Below, one piece after another: positions 1-9,550 of a DNA stretch of 31,522 bases (position 1 is its first letter; each line of letters begins with the position of its first letter). The notes under the pieces are model-generated. The model had not been told where the DNA came from, searched no databases, and saw nothing but the letters and a program-made list of their open reading frames with translations. The position numbers were made by a program, and so were the translations under genes. The stretch covers positions 19,211,462 to 19,242,983 of the forward strand of contig NC_057751.1 in NCBI RefSeq assembly GCF_004010195.1, in the 5' to 3' direction. This DNA is from Chiloscyllium plagiosum. Lineage: Eukaryota.

Positions 1-1273
1 CAATGCAAATCTGACTGCTGGCACAGTTTGTGGCCCTTTCATTGAGGTTTGAGCAGGAGAATGCCAGAATGCCCAACATTAACAATGTAGAAAACACAAA
101 AGAAAGACACAATTCCATTAAAAACCTCACAATTAATGTCACTACTTAATGTTTTCCACATGCAGACCTGTCCTCTGACTGCAGGTGTTCACCTCGGTCT
201 TGGATGAAGAGATACTATGCATTAATTTTGTGTGATGGAGCAAGAAAGGGAGATGCATCTTAGTAACTGTAGCTTTCACAGTGCTCTGTGAACTGTCAGT
301 CACCAGAGTACACCATAACGCATGGGACAATAAATGATAATTTACTATTTATAGAAAGAGCGATCAAAATAAAACAGCTGCAATATTTAAAGATTTGATC
401 TCTTGAGCTAAAAGTAGGGTTTGGGATTTCAGCAGGCAGTCAGACAACTCAGCAGCATGGAGAGCTAAAGCTGGGCAGTGTAGATCCAGAAGCTGACTCC
501 ATGCCAAGGGGTGAAATTACTGACGGGTAAGATGTAAATGAAGGATGGGAGTCGTGTGTGTGTGTGAACAGTGGTTTGTTCGCAGCACACAAGCCAAACT
601 GAAGCGTTTCCAAGCTGAGAGTGGTGGGAGAGATCCCTGCAGTCTTGCATGAACTTGAAGAATGTGTGGTTTATAGGCTTTTAAAGGAGATGGCAGTGAA
701 CAGCAGCAATTTGGGAGGTCTTGAGAGGGATGGGTCCCAAGGTTCATCAAGTTGAGTATGCGGAGGATTGGTAGGAAAAGGGGAGATGATGAGAAACTGG
801 GGCTCAGCTGAAAACGTTCCACATCTTAAGACATGTACTTCCTTAACCTCCTAGGTATCACTGATATCTGGGCTAAACCACCACCTCTCCAATCTGCTCT
901 ATTGTTTCTCAACACTCTGGATGTCCTGGTTTGGGGATGTGATTGAAAACTCTGACTTTATGTATAGGTCTCTTTGACAAGGCAGTGGTGAAGATGAGGT
1001 CTCAAAGTATTTATGTTGTGGAATAAGAAAATGCAAATCCAATCTCTGCTCTGGACTTTGCATGAGCCTACATGAATGGAAAGACACCTCACTTGGGAGC
1101 AGAGGAACCCCAGAGCAGACAGATCTGCACCCTATGGCTTCCAGTCCAAAGGATCACAATTCTGATGATTACCTGCCCATCTAACTGATAGCAGCAGGTT
1201 ACGTCTGTGAGAACTGAGGAGGGGGCTCACTCTGCCTGTGGTTTCCTTCAGTATTACCAAGAACGGTACTTAC

Positions 1274-1337
1274 AGTTACTGACGACACCGCCCAATGGAT
1301 CACCCTTGAAATCAAACTCAATATCCATGTATTTTCC
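1274..1337 (-). CDS. MYO1A/MYO1B: Myosin I coding exon 6: GKYMDIEFDFKGDPLGGVVSN; gene continues beyond the window start
   Basis: Manual translation; acceptor tttctccgtttag, donor gtaagt; 64 nt, phase 0 to 1. Confidence 0.95.
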
Positions 1338-1477
1338 CTAAACGGAGAAATGTGGAAACTCAGTTTATCAGAAACACAAATGCTGAAAATGTTAGCTTTA
1401 TTGCTATCCATAAAAATCCCAAAGCAGCCCCACCCCATCATAAGGAAAAAGAAATCCTCTCTCACTCTTCCTGCTCC

Positions 1478-1813
1478 AATACTGGGTGGCAGGGTGAGCT
1501 GTGAGGAGGGTGCAGAGATGCTTCAGTGTGACTTAGACAAGTTGAGTAAGTGGGGAATTGCATAACAGATGAAGTATAATGTGGGTAAATGTGAGATTAT
1601 CCACTTTGGGAGCAGAGCAGGAAGGTAGATCATTATCTGAATGGCAATAGATTGTGAAAGGGGGGAGGTGCAGTGAGACCTGGGTGGCCCTCATACCCCA
1701 GTCGCTGAAAGCAAGTATTGCAGAAGCAGCAGGCAATGAAGAGGGTAAATGATATGTTGGCCTTCATAGTGAGAGGAAGTACAGGAATGGGGATGTCTTG
1801 CTGTAATTGTACA
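1478..1813 (+). mobile_element. CR1/HER1 LINE ORF2 fragment
   Basis: GGRVSCEEGAEMLQCDLDKLSKW...KCEIIHFG, typical of the CR1 RT C-terminus. Confidence 0.8.
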
Positions 1814-1834
1814 GCTGTTCCTCATCTCTAAGCT

Positions 1835-2133
1835 GGGCGGCACGGTGGCTCAATGGTTAGCACTGCTGCCTCACAGTCCCAGGTTCGATTCCAGCCTCGG
1901 GCGACTGTCTGTGTGGAGTTTGTACATTCTCCCCGTGTCTGTGTGGGTTTGCTCTGGTTTCCTCCCACAGTCCAAAGATGTGCAGGCCAGGTGAATTGGC
2001 CATGCTAAATTACCCATAGTGTTAGGTGTATTAGTCAGAGGGAAATGGGTCTGGGTGGGTAACTCTTCGAAGGATTGGTGTGGACTGGTTGGGCTGAAGG
2101 GCCTGTTTTCACACTGTAGGGAATCTAATCTAA
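1835..2133 (+). mobile_element. HE1-type V-SINE
   Basis: tRNA head TGGCTCAATGG / GGTTCGATTCC; V-domain TGTGTGGAGTTTG.ACATTCTCCCCGTGTCTG; CR1-like tail ending in AATCT repeats. Confidence 0.9.
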
Positions 2134-2139
2134 GTTTGT

Positions 2140-2375
2140 ACACTTACTCCTGGGAGAGCCCCTTTAAGAATCCTCTCTGTTTCAATGAGATCACCTCTCA
2201 TTCTTCACAACTCCAGCGAGTAGAGTCCCATCCTGTTTAGCCTTTGCTCTTAAGACAATCCCTCCATCCCAGGGATCATCCTGATGAGCCCTCTCTGAAC
2301 TACCCCCAATGAAATGATATCTTTCCTTAAATAAGGGGATCAAAACTGCTCACAGTGCTCCAGGTGTGATCGCAC
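2140..2375 (-). mobile_element. CR1 LINE ORF2 fragment
   Basis: Similar to 6230-6358; minus strand contains RMRGDLIE-like and RSHLEHCEQFxSPY-like motifs. Confidence 0.75.
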
Positions 2376-2658
2376 CCTCTTCTCTTGCTGTGGAGAACAG
2401 CTGTCCTCTCCATTCATTCCCCACCACGGTGGGCCTCAGGCAGTGAAGGCAGTCAGGAATTTCCATCCTGTTGCTCTGTGCTGCCATTGGGCTAAGGGCT
2501 AGATGGCTGTAAATCACATATTTGCTCCATGATATGGGCAACAAAATGTGTGGTTCTCTGTGCGAAGAGTTTAAAAAAAACATCTCAACCAGTTCACGAC
2601 ACCCAAAAACCCACCTCCAACTACAATTGTCAGCTGATAACCGGGTGATAATACGTAC

Positions 2659-2705
2659 AAATCTGGAGGAGTTGTCATTCCGTACAGTCTTGGCATTGCC
2701 GAATG
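2659..2705 (-). CDS. MYO1A/MYO1B: Myosin I coding exon 5 (switch I): AFGNAKTVRNDNSSRF
   Basis: Within ORF 2350..2748; acceptor ttcctttgacag, donor gtacgt; 47 nt, phase 1 to 0. Confidence 0.96.
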
Positions 2706-3010
2706 CTGTCAAAGGAAACAGTTGTAAAACAGTCAGGAGTGGCTCCATGCATTAAATACTAAAACAGACACCATGTGGAGGTTGAGTCTCTGGCACCTTC
2801 TGGCTGCCAACTTAAAGGGGCATCTGTGGCTTTTTTGGCTGAACATGATTGAAGGTTTTGAAACTTCTCAATTTCTTTACAACTTAGAACTAGAATTCAG
2901 CAGTGTGTGTGGACATCAGACAAAGGCAGAAGTGCACTCACGATCATATGACAGTCAACAAACACTCAATAACAAATGTAGGTTGGCTTGCTGAGCTGGA
3001 AGGTTCATTT

Positions 3011-3050
3011 TCAGACGTTTCGTCACCGTACTAGGTAACATCTTCAGTGA
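3011..3050 (-). ncRNA. Minimal type I hammerhead ribozyme motif (Penelope-associated)
   Basis: Minus strand TCA-CTGAAGA-T-GTTACC-TAGTAC-GGTGAC-GAAAC-GTC-TGA: CUGANGA and GAAA core, paired helix II, GUC cleavage triplet, TCA/TGA helix I. Confidence 0.7.
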
Positions 3051-3161
3051 GCCTCCAGACGAAGCACTGCTGGTGTTTTCTGCTTTCTGCTGGTGTATTC
3101 CAAGGAAACCCAAACATATAAACAGAAAGCAGGAAACACCAGCAGTGCTTCGTCTGGAGGC

Positions 3162-3201
3162 TCACTGAAGATGTTACCTAGTACGGTGACGAAACGTCCG
3201 A
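3162..3201 (+). ncRNA. Minimal hammerhead ribozyme motif (mirror copy)
   Basis: TCA-CTGAAGA-TGTTACC-TAGTAC-GGTGAC-GAAACGTC-CGA; one helix I mismatch. Confidence 0.6.
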
Positions 3202-3575
3202 AAATGAACAGCAAGCAAACCTACATCTAGAACCTCAACCTGAGCTACAAATCCTCTCAAAACTTGCTAACTCAATAACAAAGCTTACATATAAAGAATG
3301 GAATGAGGTGGTGGCACTGGAGGGAGACCAGAGTCTATGGATACAGGTTTCAGTGAGACTCATGATGTGGAGATGCCAGTGTTGGACTGGGGTGGACAAA
3401 GTCAGAGGTCACTTCACCTGACCAAGGGGCAGCGCTCCGAAGCTTGTGGTTTCAAATAAACCCGTTGGTCTATAACCTGGTGTCATGTGACTTCTGACTC
3501 AGACTCGGTACCTTCAGGGATGAATGCGGAAAGAAAACCCTCGCTGAAGGTTAGGTAAAACTGGATACACCATAC

Positions 3576-3680
3576 CTTCCAGGACAGGATTTGACTGCAA
3601 AAGCTGTTCCTTGACTTGATTAACCTCTGCTCCTTTGCCACACACTGCAGCAATATAGGACATCACAAGTTTACTGGCCT
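3576..3680 (-). CDS. MYO1A/MYO1B: Myosin I coding exon 4: EASKLVMSYIAAVCGKGAEVNQVKEQLLQSNPVLE
   Basis: Within ORF 3514..3711; near-identical to recalled MYO1B; acceptor ttcccttcag, donor gtatgg; 105 nt, phase 1 to 1. Confidence 0.96.
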
Positions 3681-4415
3681 CTGAAGGGAAGAAAGAAAGA
3701 GAAACTGTCATTCACATTTAGCATTCTCTTTGACCTTTTCTGACTTGTAGCTCCACACGTGTCACCACAGCACCTTTTTCAGCGGTGGCTGTAATAAAGG
3801 GGACAACTCTAGTTTCCATAGCATGTCCTTGACATTGTCTCTCCCCAAAAAGGAGTTTACCTGGGCTTGTGGTTTGAGTTATTTCCTCAAGGAGGTGACC
3901 CTGTTTGGGGAAGAAGCATACAGACTGCTAGACTGCTCAGTGCCTCCATTGTACTGTTAACACCAGCATCAGAGTCTGCTACATTAAAATAAAATCCCTG
4001 TGTAACCTGTTCTGAAGAAGGATCACTGGACCCAAAACATTAACTCTGCTTTCTCTCCACGGATGCTACCAAACCTGCTGAGTTTTTCCAGCAATTTCTG
4101 TTTCTGATTTCCGGCATCTGCATTTTTGGTTTTGGTCTTCTTGGTTTGAGAGATACATGTTGGTGAGGACACTGAGGAGAAATCTCCTGTTGTTCTGCAA
4201 AATATTGTTGTGGCAGCTTGAGAGGCCATTCACAGCCTTAGTGAAGGAGTCTTATCCAAAAGACATGAGAACAGCCATCTTAAACTACTACCTGCACAGA
4301 ACATTTAATTCAGACCCTTCAGTTTTAAAGTAACATTAACTCGTTGTTTCTCTTTCAGATGCTGACTGACAGGTTATGCATCTTCAGCACACGCTGGTGC
4401 TATTTCAGGATTCCA

Positions 4416-4625
4416 GTGTGGCACAGTGGTTAGTACTGCTGCCTCAGAGCACCAGGGTCTTGGGTTCAATTCCAGCCTCAGACGACTGTCTGTGTGGTGT
4501 TTGCACATCCTCTGGGTTCCTCCCACACGCCAAAGACCTACAGGTTAGGGTGGATTGGTCATGCTATATTGCTCAGTGTCCAGGAATAGGCAGGCTAGGT
4601 GGATTGGCCATGGGAATACAGGTGT
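4416..4625 (+). mobile_element. HE1-type V-SINE, degenerate
   Basis: Aligns by eye to 1835-2133. Confidence 0.8.
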
Positions 4626-5244
4626 GGCCTGCCTCCACTCTGTTGGCATTCTAAGATAATCTAATTAACATTACACCAATTCTGCAGCTCCATCACATCT
4701 GTGTAAAATCAGCATTGTACTTGCCATAATCAATGGAGCTTTCAAGATCAAATTTGCAGTAATCTACAAGTTTTAACTGTTTATCAGCTCTAAACAGGAA
4801 AGCATTAAATACTTCTAGAAAGAAAAAGTCACATCCGTTCGCAGTTTCTGATTGCATAAAGCATCCAATCTTTGCAAGTGACCTTGAGAGTTATGCATTA
4901 AACGAAATTCATAGTAATTTAGCAGAGGCATTGCTGATTAACACCTAGCAACAAGGTAACTGGTCCTGAGTCTTATCTCCCTGTCTAAGTTTCAAGTGCA
5001 GGGTTTCAAACACACCCACACATTGCATCATTTTACATGTTTTTACAATAGCAGTGGGTCTAGGGACAGAGTTTTAACCGAGTCACTGTTCAGAACCAAA
5101 TTTCCCAATGGGATCGCCCATCTCCCTGTAAAAGTAGAAATGGCAGCAGAGAGTGATCCAGATCCCATGGCCTGGGTATTACAGACAGTGAACTGTACAT
5201 GACCAGTGTGGGCAAACAGCTCCAGTCCCAATTCCCTTCACTCT

Positions 5245-5440
5245 GCCATTGGTGGCCATGCCTTCAGCTCCCTGGATATCAAGCTCAGGAATTCTCTCTC
5301 CAAACTGACACAATTCCCTTCAATCCTACTAAACTTTTACTCACCTGTCCTAACAACTCTTTGTTTGATTGATATTGCTCCTTTAAAGTCGCCTGGGATG
5401 TTCTGTGTGATATTAAAGGCAGTATATAAATGCAAGTTGT
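5245..5440 (+). mobile_element. L2-type LINE 3' tail (related copies at 20580-20710 on - and 29340-29550 on +)
   Basis: GGHAFSSLDIKLRNSL motif and AAAGGCAGTATATAAATGCAAGTTG terminus. Confidence 0.55.
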
Positions 5441-5541
5441 GTGGGCTCTTGTGACACAGTGGTTTTTTCCTACCTCTGAGCCAGGAAGCCTGGGGTCAAG
5501 TCACATCTGCTACAGAGGGGTGTAATAACACCTCTGAAGAC

Positions 5542-5882
5542 TGGATGTAGGTTTGCTCGCTGAGCTGGAAGGTTCATTTCCAGACGTTTCATCACCTACA
5601 AGCTAACTTCTTCAGTGGGCCTCAGGCAAAGCACTGTACATGATTCCTGCTTTCTATTTATATCTTTGGGTTGGTGTTGTCATTTCCTGTCACTGCAGGA
5701 AATGACAACATCAACCCAAAGAAACCCAAACATGTAAATAGAAAACAGGAATTTTCAGCATTGCTTCATCTGAGGCCCACTGAAGATGTTATCTAGTACG
5801 GTGACGAAACATCTGGAAATGAACCTTCCAGCTCAGCGAGCAAACCTACATCCAGAACCTCCAAACTTCGCAAAACTCATCA
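5542..5882. mobile_element. Second palindromic Penelope-derived insertion
   Basis: Inverted arms related to 2977-3269; 12-bp TSD ACCTCTGAAGAC (5530-5541, 5883-5894); inserted in a SINE-like head. Confidence 0.85.
5777..5816 (+). ncRNA. Minimal hammerhead ribozyme motif
   Basis: CCA-CTGAAGA-TGTTATC-TAGTAC-GGTGAC-GAAACATC-TGG; a degenerate mirror copy lies on the minus strand at 5580-5618. Confidence 0.6.
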
Positions 5883-5899
5883 ACCTCTGAAGACCTTAA

Positions 5900-6358
5900 A
5901 GCCATAAGAAATAGGAATAGGAGTGGGTCATTTGGCCCCTTGAACCTGTCCTGCCATTCAATAGGATCATGGCTGATCTGCCATTCATCAAGTCCATTTT
6001 CCTGCCCTTTCCCTTGATTCCCTGACTGATCAGGAATCCATCTATCTCAGTCTTCAATATACTCAAGGACTCTGCCCCCACAGCTCTCTGTGGCAAGGAG
6101 TTCCAAAGACCCACAGCCCTCTGAGAGAAGAAATTCCTCCTCATCTCGGTCTCCAATTGGTGCCCCTTTATCCTGAGACTGGTCCTAGACTCTCCACATG
6201 AGGGGGAAACATCCTCTTTTAGCACTGACCCTGTCAAGCCCTTTAAGAATGTTTCAGTGAGATCACCTCTCATTTTTCTAAATTCCAGTGACTTGTTTAG
6301 CCCTTGCTCATCCAATAATCTCTCCACACCAGAGACTATCCTAGCGAACCTTCTGAAC
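5900..6358 (-). mobile_element. CR1 LINE 3' end
   Basis: ORF 5896..6381 has RKMRGDL...RRNFFSQRAVGLWNSLP. Confidence 0.9.
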
Positions 6359-6492
6359 AGGCTGGTGAGCAAAGAATCCATAAATGCACGTTTGTTTTGT
6401 TATATTACACCCCATAATTTATTAAGCTCTCGGTGGCTTTCACAAGTTGGACAAGAGGCCAGTTTTGTTGGACGTGCCTCAGGATACATTAC

Positions 6493-6587
6493 CTGTTTTT
6501 CCTGATCCACTCTCGCCAGTGATGAGAACACATTGGTCCTTATCCCTATCTCGGAGTGATCTGTATGCCTCATCTGCAATGGCATAG
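6493..6587 (-). CDS. MYO1A/MYO1B: Myosin I coding exon 3 with P-loop: (I)YAIADEAYRSLRDRDKDQCVLITGESGSGKT
   Basis: P-loop GESGSGKT within ORF 6479..6670; acceptor cttctccctacag, donor gtaatg; 95 nt, phase 2 to 1. Confidence 0.96.
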
Positions 6588-7249
6588 CTGTAGGGAGAAG
6601 TGTGATCGTTAGAACTTGTTTTGCTTGTTGAATTTCTGCACCCTTCCCCAATTCTGATGCATGGCTTCATATTTCTTGAAGGAAAGTGTCACCTCGAGGA
6701 AGCCACAGAAAAACTGTCAGCTTCAAAAGACGTTACACTGACAAGTAGTGATCCTTGTGCAACAGGCAGCTATGTTTCACCCTTCCCCCAGTTTTCCTTC
6801 CCCCTCTCCTTAATAAATGTCAGCAGATCATTCAAGCATGGAGGTGCTTCTTTACCTGAACTCCACAGACATACAATTCAGGAATCATCACAGGACTTTT
6901 TTCCCTCCTTCTTGCCTAAGGCACTGAGGATCAGTGTAGCCGAGCTACAGAAATACAATCAAGACGTTGACCAAATGTCAATTGTACATCACATGTCGGA
7001 CTACAGCTGCTTAGCTGCATGAAGCATTAGATTTACAAATACATCTGGACACCATAAATCTATTAGACGTATTTTGACAAACTTCCAAATATTACTTCCT
7101 CTTCTCTCCTGAAGATGCTCTCTCGCTCCAAGGGCACTGATTATCCTCTGGTACTTTGTCCAACTACCCATTTTTCATAGATGGTGACTGTTGACAGGGC
7201 ATTCAACCAACACTGGCAAACGTATCTACATGGTGGGGGAGTGGTGTTC

Positions 7250-7712
7250 AGAGGAGATTTCCCAGGATGTTACTGGGCTGGAGAGTTTCAGTGACAGAGA
7301 GAGAGATCAGACAGTCTGGAGTTGCTTTCCTTGGAGCAGAGGAGACTGAGGGGGCACATGATTGAGCTGGATAAAATGATGAGGGGCATTGTTAGGGTGG
7401 ACAGGAAGAATTTTTTCCCTCTTGATGGAGGCATCAATGATCAGGGGGGCATAGACTGAAGGTGAGGGGGCAGGGTGTTTAGGGGGGAATGTTTTTCACC
7501 CAGAGGGTGGTGGGGAATCTGGATCTCACTGCCCGTGAGGGTGGCAGAGGCAGAAACCCCTCAGAACACTGAAGAAGTGTTTAGATGGGCACTCGCGATG
7601 CCAAGGCGATGGGGCTAAGTGCTGGGGAACAAAGGTTAGGATAGCCAGGTGGTTGTTTTTGACATGATGGGTCAAAGAATCTTCTTCTGTGCTGTCAATC
7701 TCTAAGACTCTA
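7250..7712 (+). mobile_element. CR1 LINE 3' end, degenerate
   Basis: RRFPRML.GL...FSLEQRRLRG..., FFTQRVV; typical CR1 tail. Confidence 0.85.
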
Positions 7713-8189
7713 AACTGGATTTTCTTTATATTTGCTCTGTTAGCTTCTTCTCAACAAATGAAATAGCATTCACAAAGCTGAAATTATCTGGGATTATGTT
7801 TGCTTGAATTTGTTATACATTCACTTGAACCAACAATCATATTATTAAAAAGAGGCATTGGGCCATATACAGACCCAGCAGCTGAATGAAATTTGTATGG
7901 TCACCATGTGGGGCCAAACCATTCTCCTGCATGTTTACATGGACTGTATGAGACACATTGATGATATTTAATAATATAAAGGTAGAAACAGGTAGGCTGA
8001 TCGAGAAATGATTCACCCTGTGTGGCAGAGACGACCAGCAAGGTCCCAGGCTCAATTACCTGGACTGCGCTGAGTTAACTATTTGAAATGGAGGCAATAC
8101 ACGTTTCAGGCCCACCAGTGTAGGATAAAACAAAACAGCTATGGTTCCTGCCTTATCTGGTGATCGCTGCTGTACATGTCCAGGTCAGA

Positions 8190-8732
8190 TGTTAAGGGGT
8201 GAATTTGCTCTGCTGACCTTCAAGAAATTAGATGCCCCGCGGGTAGGGTGGCATGTTTCTCTTACATTTTCTCAATCTAAAAAAAATTATATTGCCATCT
8301 CCTACTACTCAGAGTAAATTTACATTGTCATCTCCTATTCAGAATCAATAAGAACACTGCAGTTAAAATTCTGACCACGCCCTGCAGTTAAAACGACTTA
8401 CACCAGATTTTGCCATTAAGGGATGATCTACATCATATTGTTTCTGAAAATAATCAAATCACTCCATTGTGTCACGAGTGGGATGTGACTATGGGGGAGT
8501 GGCTGGGGGCTGTCTTGTGGGCATTACTGATGGAGATGTAAAATTCTGTATTAAAGGGAGGACTGTTCCCTTGTTCAGAGAGATCTCTTGGCACAGCTTC
8601 ACAAAGCCCTGCGAATAGGGTTAAGGGTTCCTCCACAGTTTGTACTTGCTTAATAAAGTTTGGCTGTTCACAGACGTTGGCGTATTGCAGTTGCATCATG
8701 TGTGTAAGAATCTCAAGGAAAAGAACTTAACA
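8190..8732 (+). repeat. 5' LTR (543 bp)
   Basis: Ends TGTTAAG...CTTAACA (7-bp inverted repeat); TATA-like TATTAAA 8549-8555; AATAAA 8652-8657; repeated at 11909-12433. Confidence 0.93.
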
Positions 8733-8734
8733 TT

Positions 8735-8752
8735 TGGTGGTAGCGGTGGGAC
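8735..8752 (+). promoter_or_regulatory. Primer binding site, tRNA-Leu type
   Basis: TGGTGGTAGCGGTGGGAC, separated from the LTR end by 2 nt; 16/18 match to the recalled complement of the tRNA-Leu(AAG/TAG) 3' end, TGGTGGCAGCGGTGGGAT. Confidence 0.85.
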
Positions 8753-8970
8753 TCCAACATATACAGAGTTTCTAGGCGGACTGAATAAGCAATTGTCTGA
8801 GTGCCGGTTATGTGAGACGGATGGGCCCACGAGGTAAGATTTACCTTGATCTCTTTCCTTAACCTATCACTCAATTAACCCCTTGTCCCCTGGGACTCTG
8901 TAGTGACGGAATATCTGAGGTAACGTACGCATCTGCACGCCAACGAGTTCGCTTTCAGAACCATAAGTTC

Positions 8971-9089
8971 CTCGAAAGGGAGGTTAGAGTCCCCCTCGAA
9001 AGGGAGGTTAGAGTCCCCCTCGAAAGGGAGGTTAGAGTCCCTCTCAAATTTGGAGGTTTGAGTCCTCTAATAGTGAGGTTTGAGGCCCC
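8971..9089 (+). repeat. Tandem 24-bp repeat in the ERV leader (3 near-perfect copies plus 2 degenerate)
   Basis: CTCGAAAGGGAGGTTAGAGTCCCC at 8971, 8995 and 9019; related GAGGTTTGAGTCCTC (9053-9067) and GAGGTTTGAGGCCCC (9075-9089). Confidence 0.9.
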
Positions 9090-9268
9090 GGAACATAGTG
9101 CATAAAATTAAAGATAATTACTGTGCCTGTCTCAACCACCCTGCCTTAGACCGGTTATTAAGAGGGGAATCCCCCACGCGAAGGTCAGGACCTGAAGTGG
9201 GTGTGGAGACCGAAGACACTGGACTAGTATAGAGAAATAAGTTAGGAAGTTCAGACCTTAGAAAAAAA

Positions 9269-9550
9269 AAGGGACAGGCATTGGATAAGTCGGGTGTTGG
9301 AACCCCTTTGCATCGGTTATGCCGGGATGACCCCCACATTGAGGAACGGTTCAGGCGCCTGTCAGGATTTTAAATTAAAAAATTGGGAAATGAAATTTAG
9401 CTGATAGGAGGAACTTGGGACATAGATAAACGTTTAAAAGCAGAGGAGCTAATTTGGAAACGTAATACGGGCACTAAATGGAAAACGTTCATACCTGCAT
9501 GGAGAAAGGTTGCTGAGGAAATAATGAACAAATTTAAACAGGCCAGCTGA
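9269..9550 (+). pseudogene. gag: Decayed retroviral gag matrix (MA) region
   Basis: Reads (K, probably former M)GQALDKSGVGTPLHRLCRDDPHIEERFRRLSGF*IKKLGNEI*LIGGTWDIDKRLKAEELIW...FIPAWRKVA. Shows an MGQ-type myristoylation start, TPL, and a WPxxGT(F/W)D-like motif of gamma/epsilon Gag, at the expected position after the leader. Confidence 0.65.

Larger units (their letters stand above)
2977..3269. mobile_element. Short palindromic Penelope-derived insertion (inverted terminal segments) with hammerhead motifs on both strands
   Basis: ~110-bp inverted arms; 13-bp TSD ACTCAATAACAAA (2964-2976, 3270-3282); right arm matches the 3' end of the GIY-YIG element at 25580-25720. Confidence 0.85.

Noticed and set aside
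500..830. ORF 517..822 as a host exon
   Set aside because: No myosin similarity; looks like very old LINE (possibly L2) debris, too degraded to call.
1..1273. Next myosin exon (YLLEKSRVV...ERNFH)
   Set aside because: Not found on the minus strand here; presumably lies left of the window.
1835..1900. tRNA genes at SINE heads (also 26906, 28915, 30354)
   Set aside because: The A/B boxes continue into SINE bodies and no complete cloverleaf forms.
8472..8699. Duplicated 75-aa ORF (also 12173..12400) as a gene pair
   Set aside because: Antisense frame inside the two LTRs; the duplication is explained by the LTRs and there is no recognisable domain.
8971..9042. 24-bp repeats as a CRISPR array
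   Set aside because: The repeats are head-to-tail with no unique spacers, in a vertebrate ERV leader.
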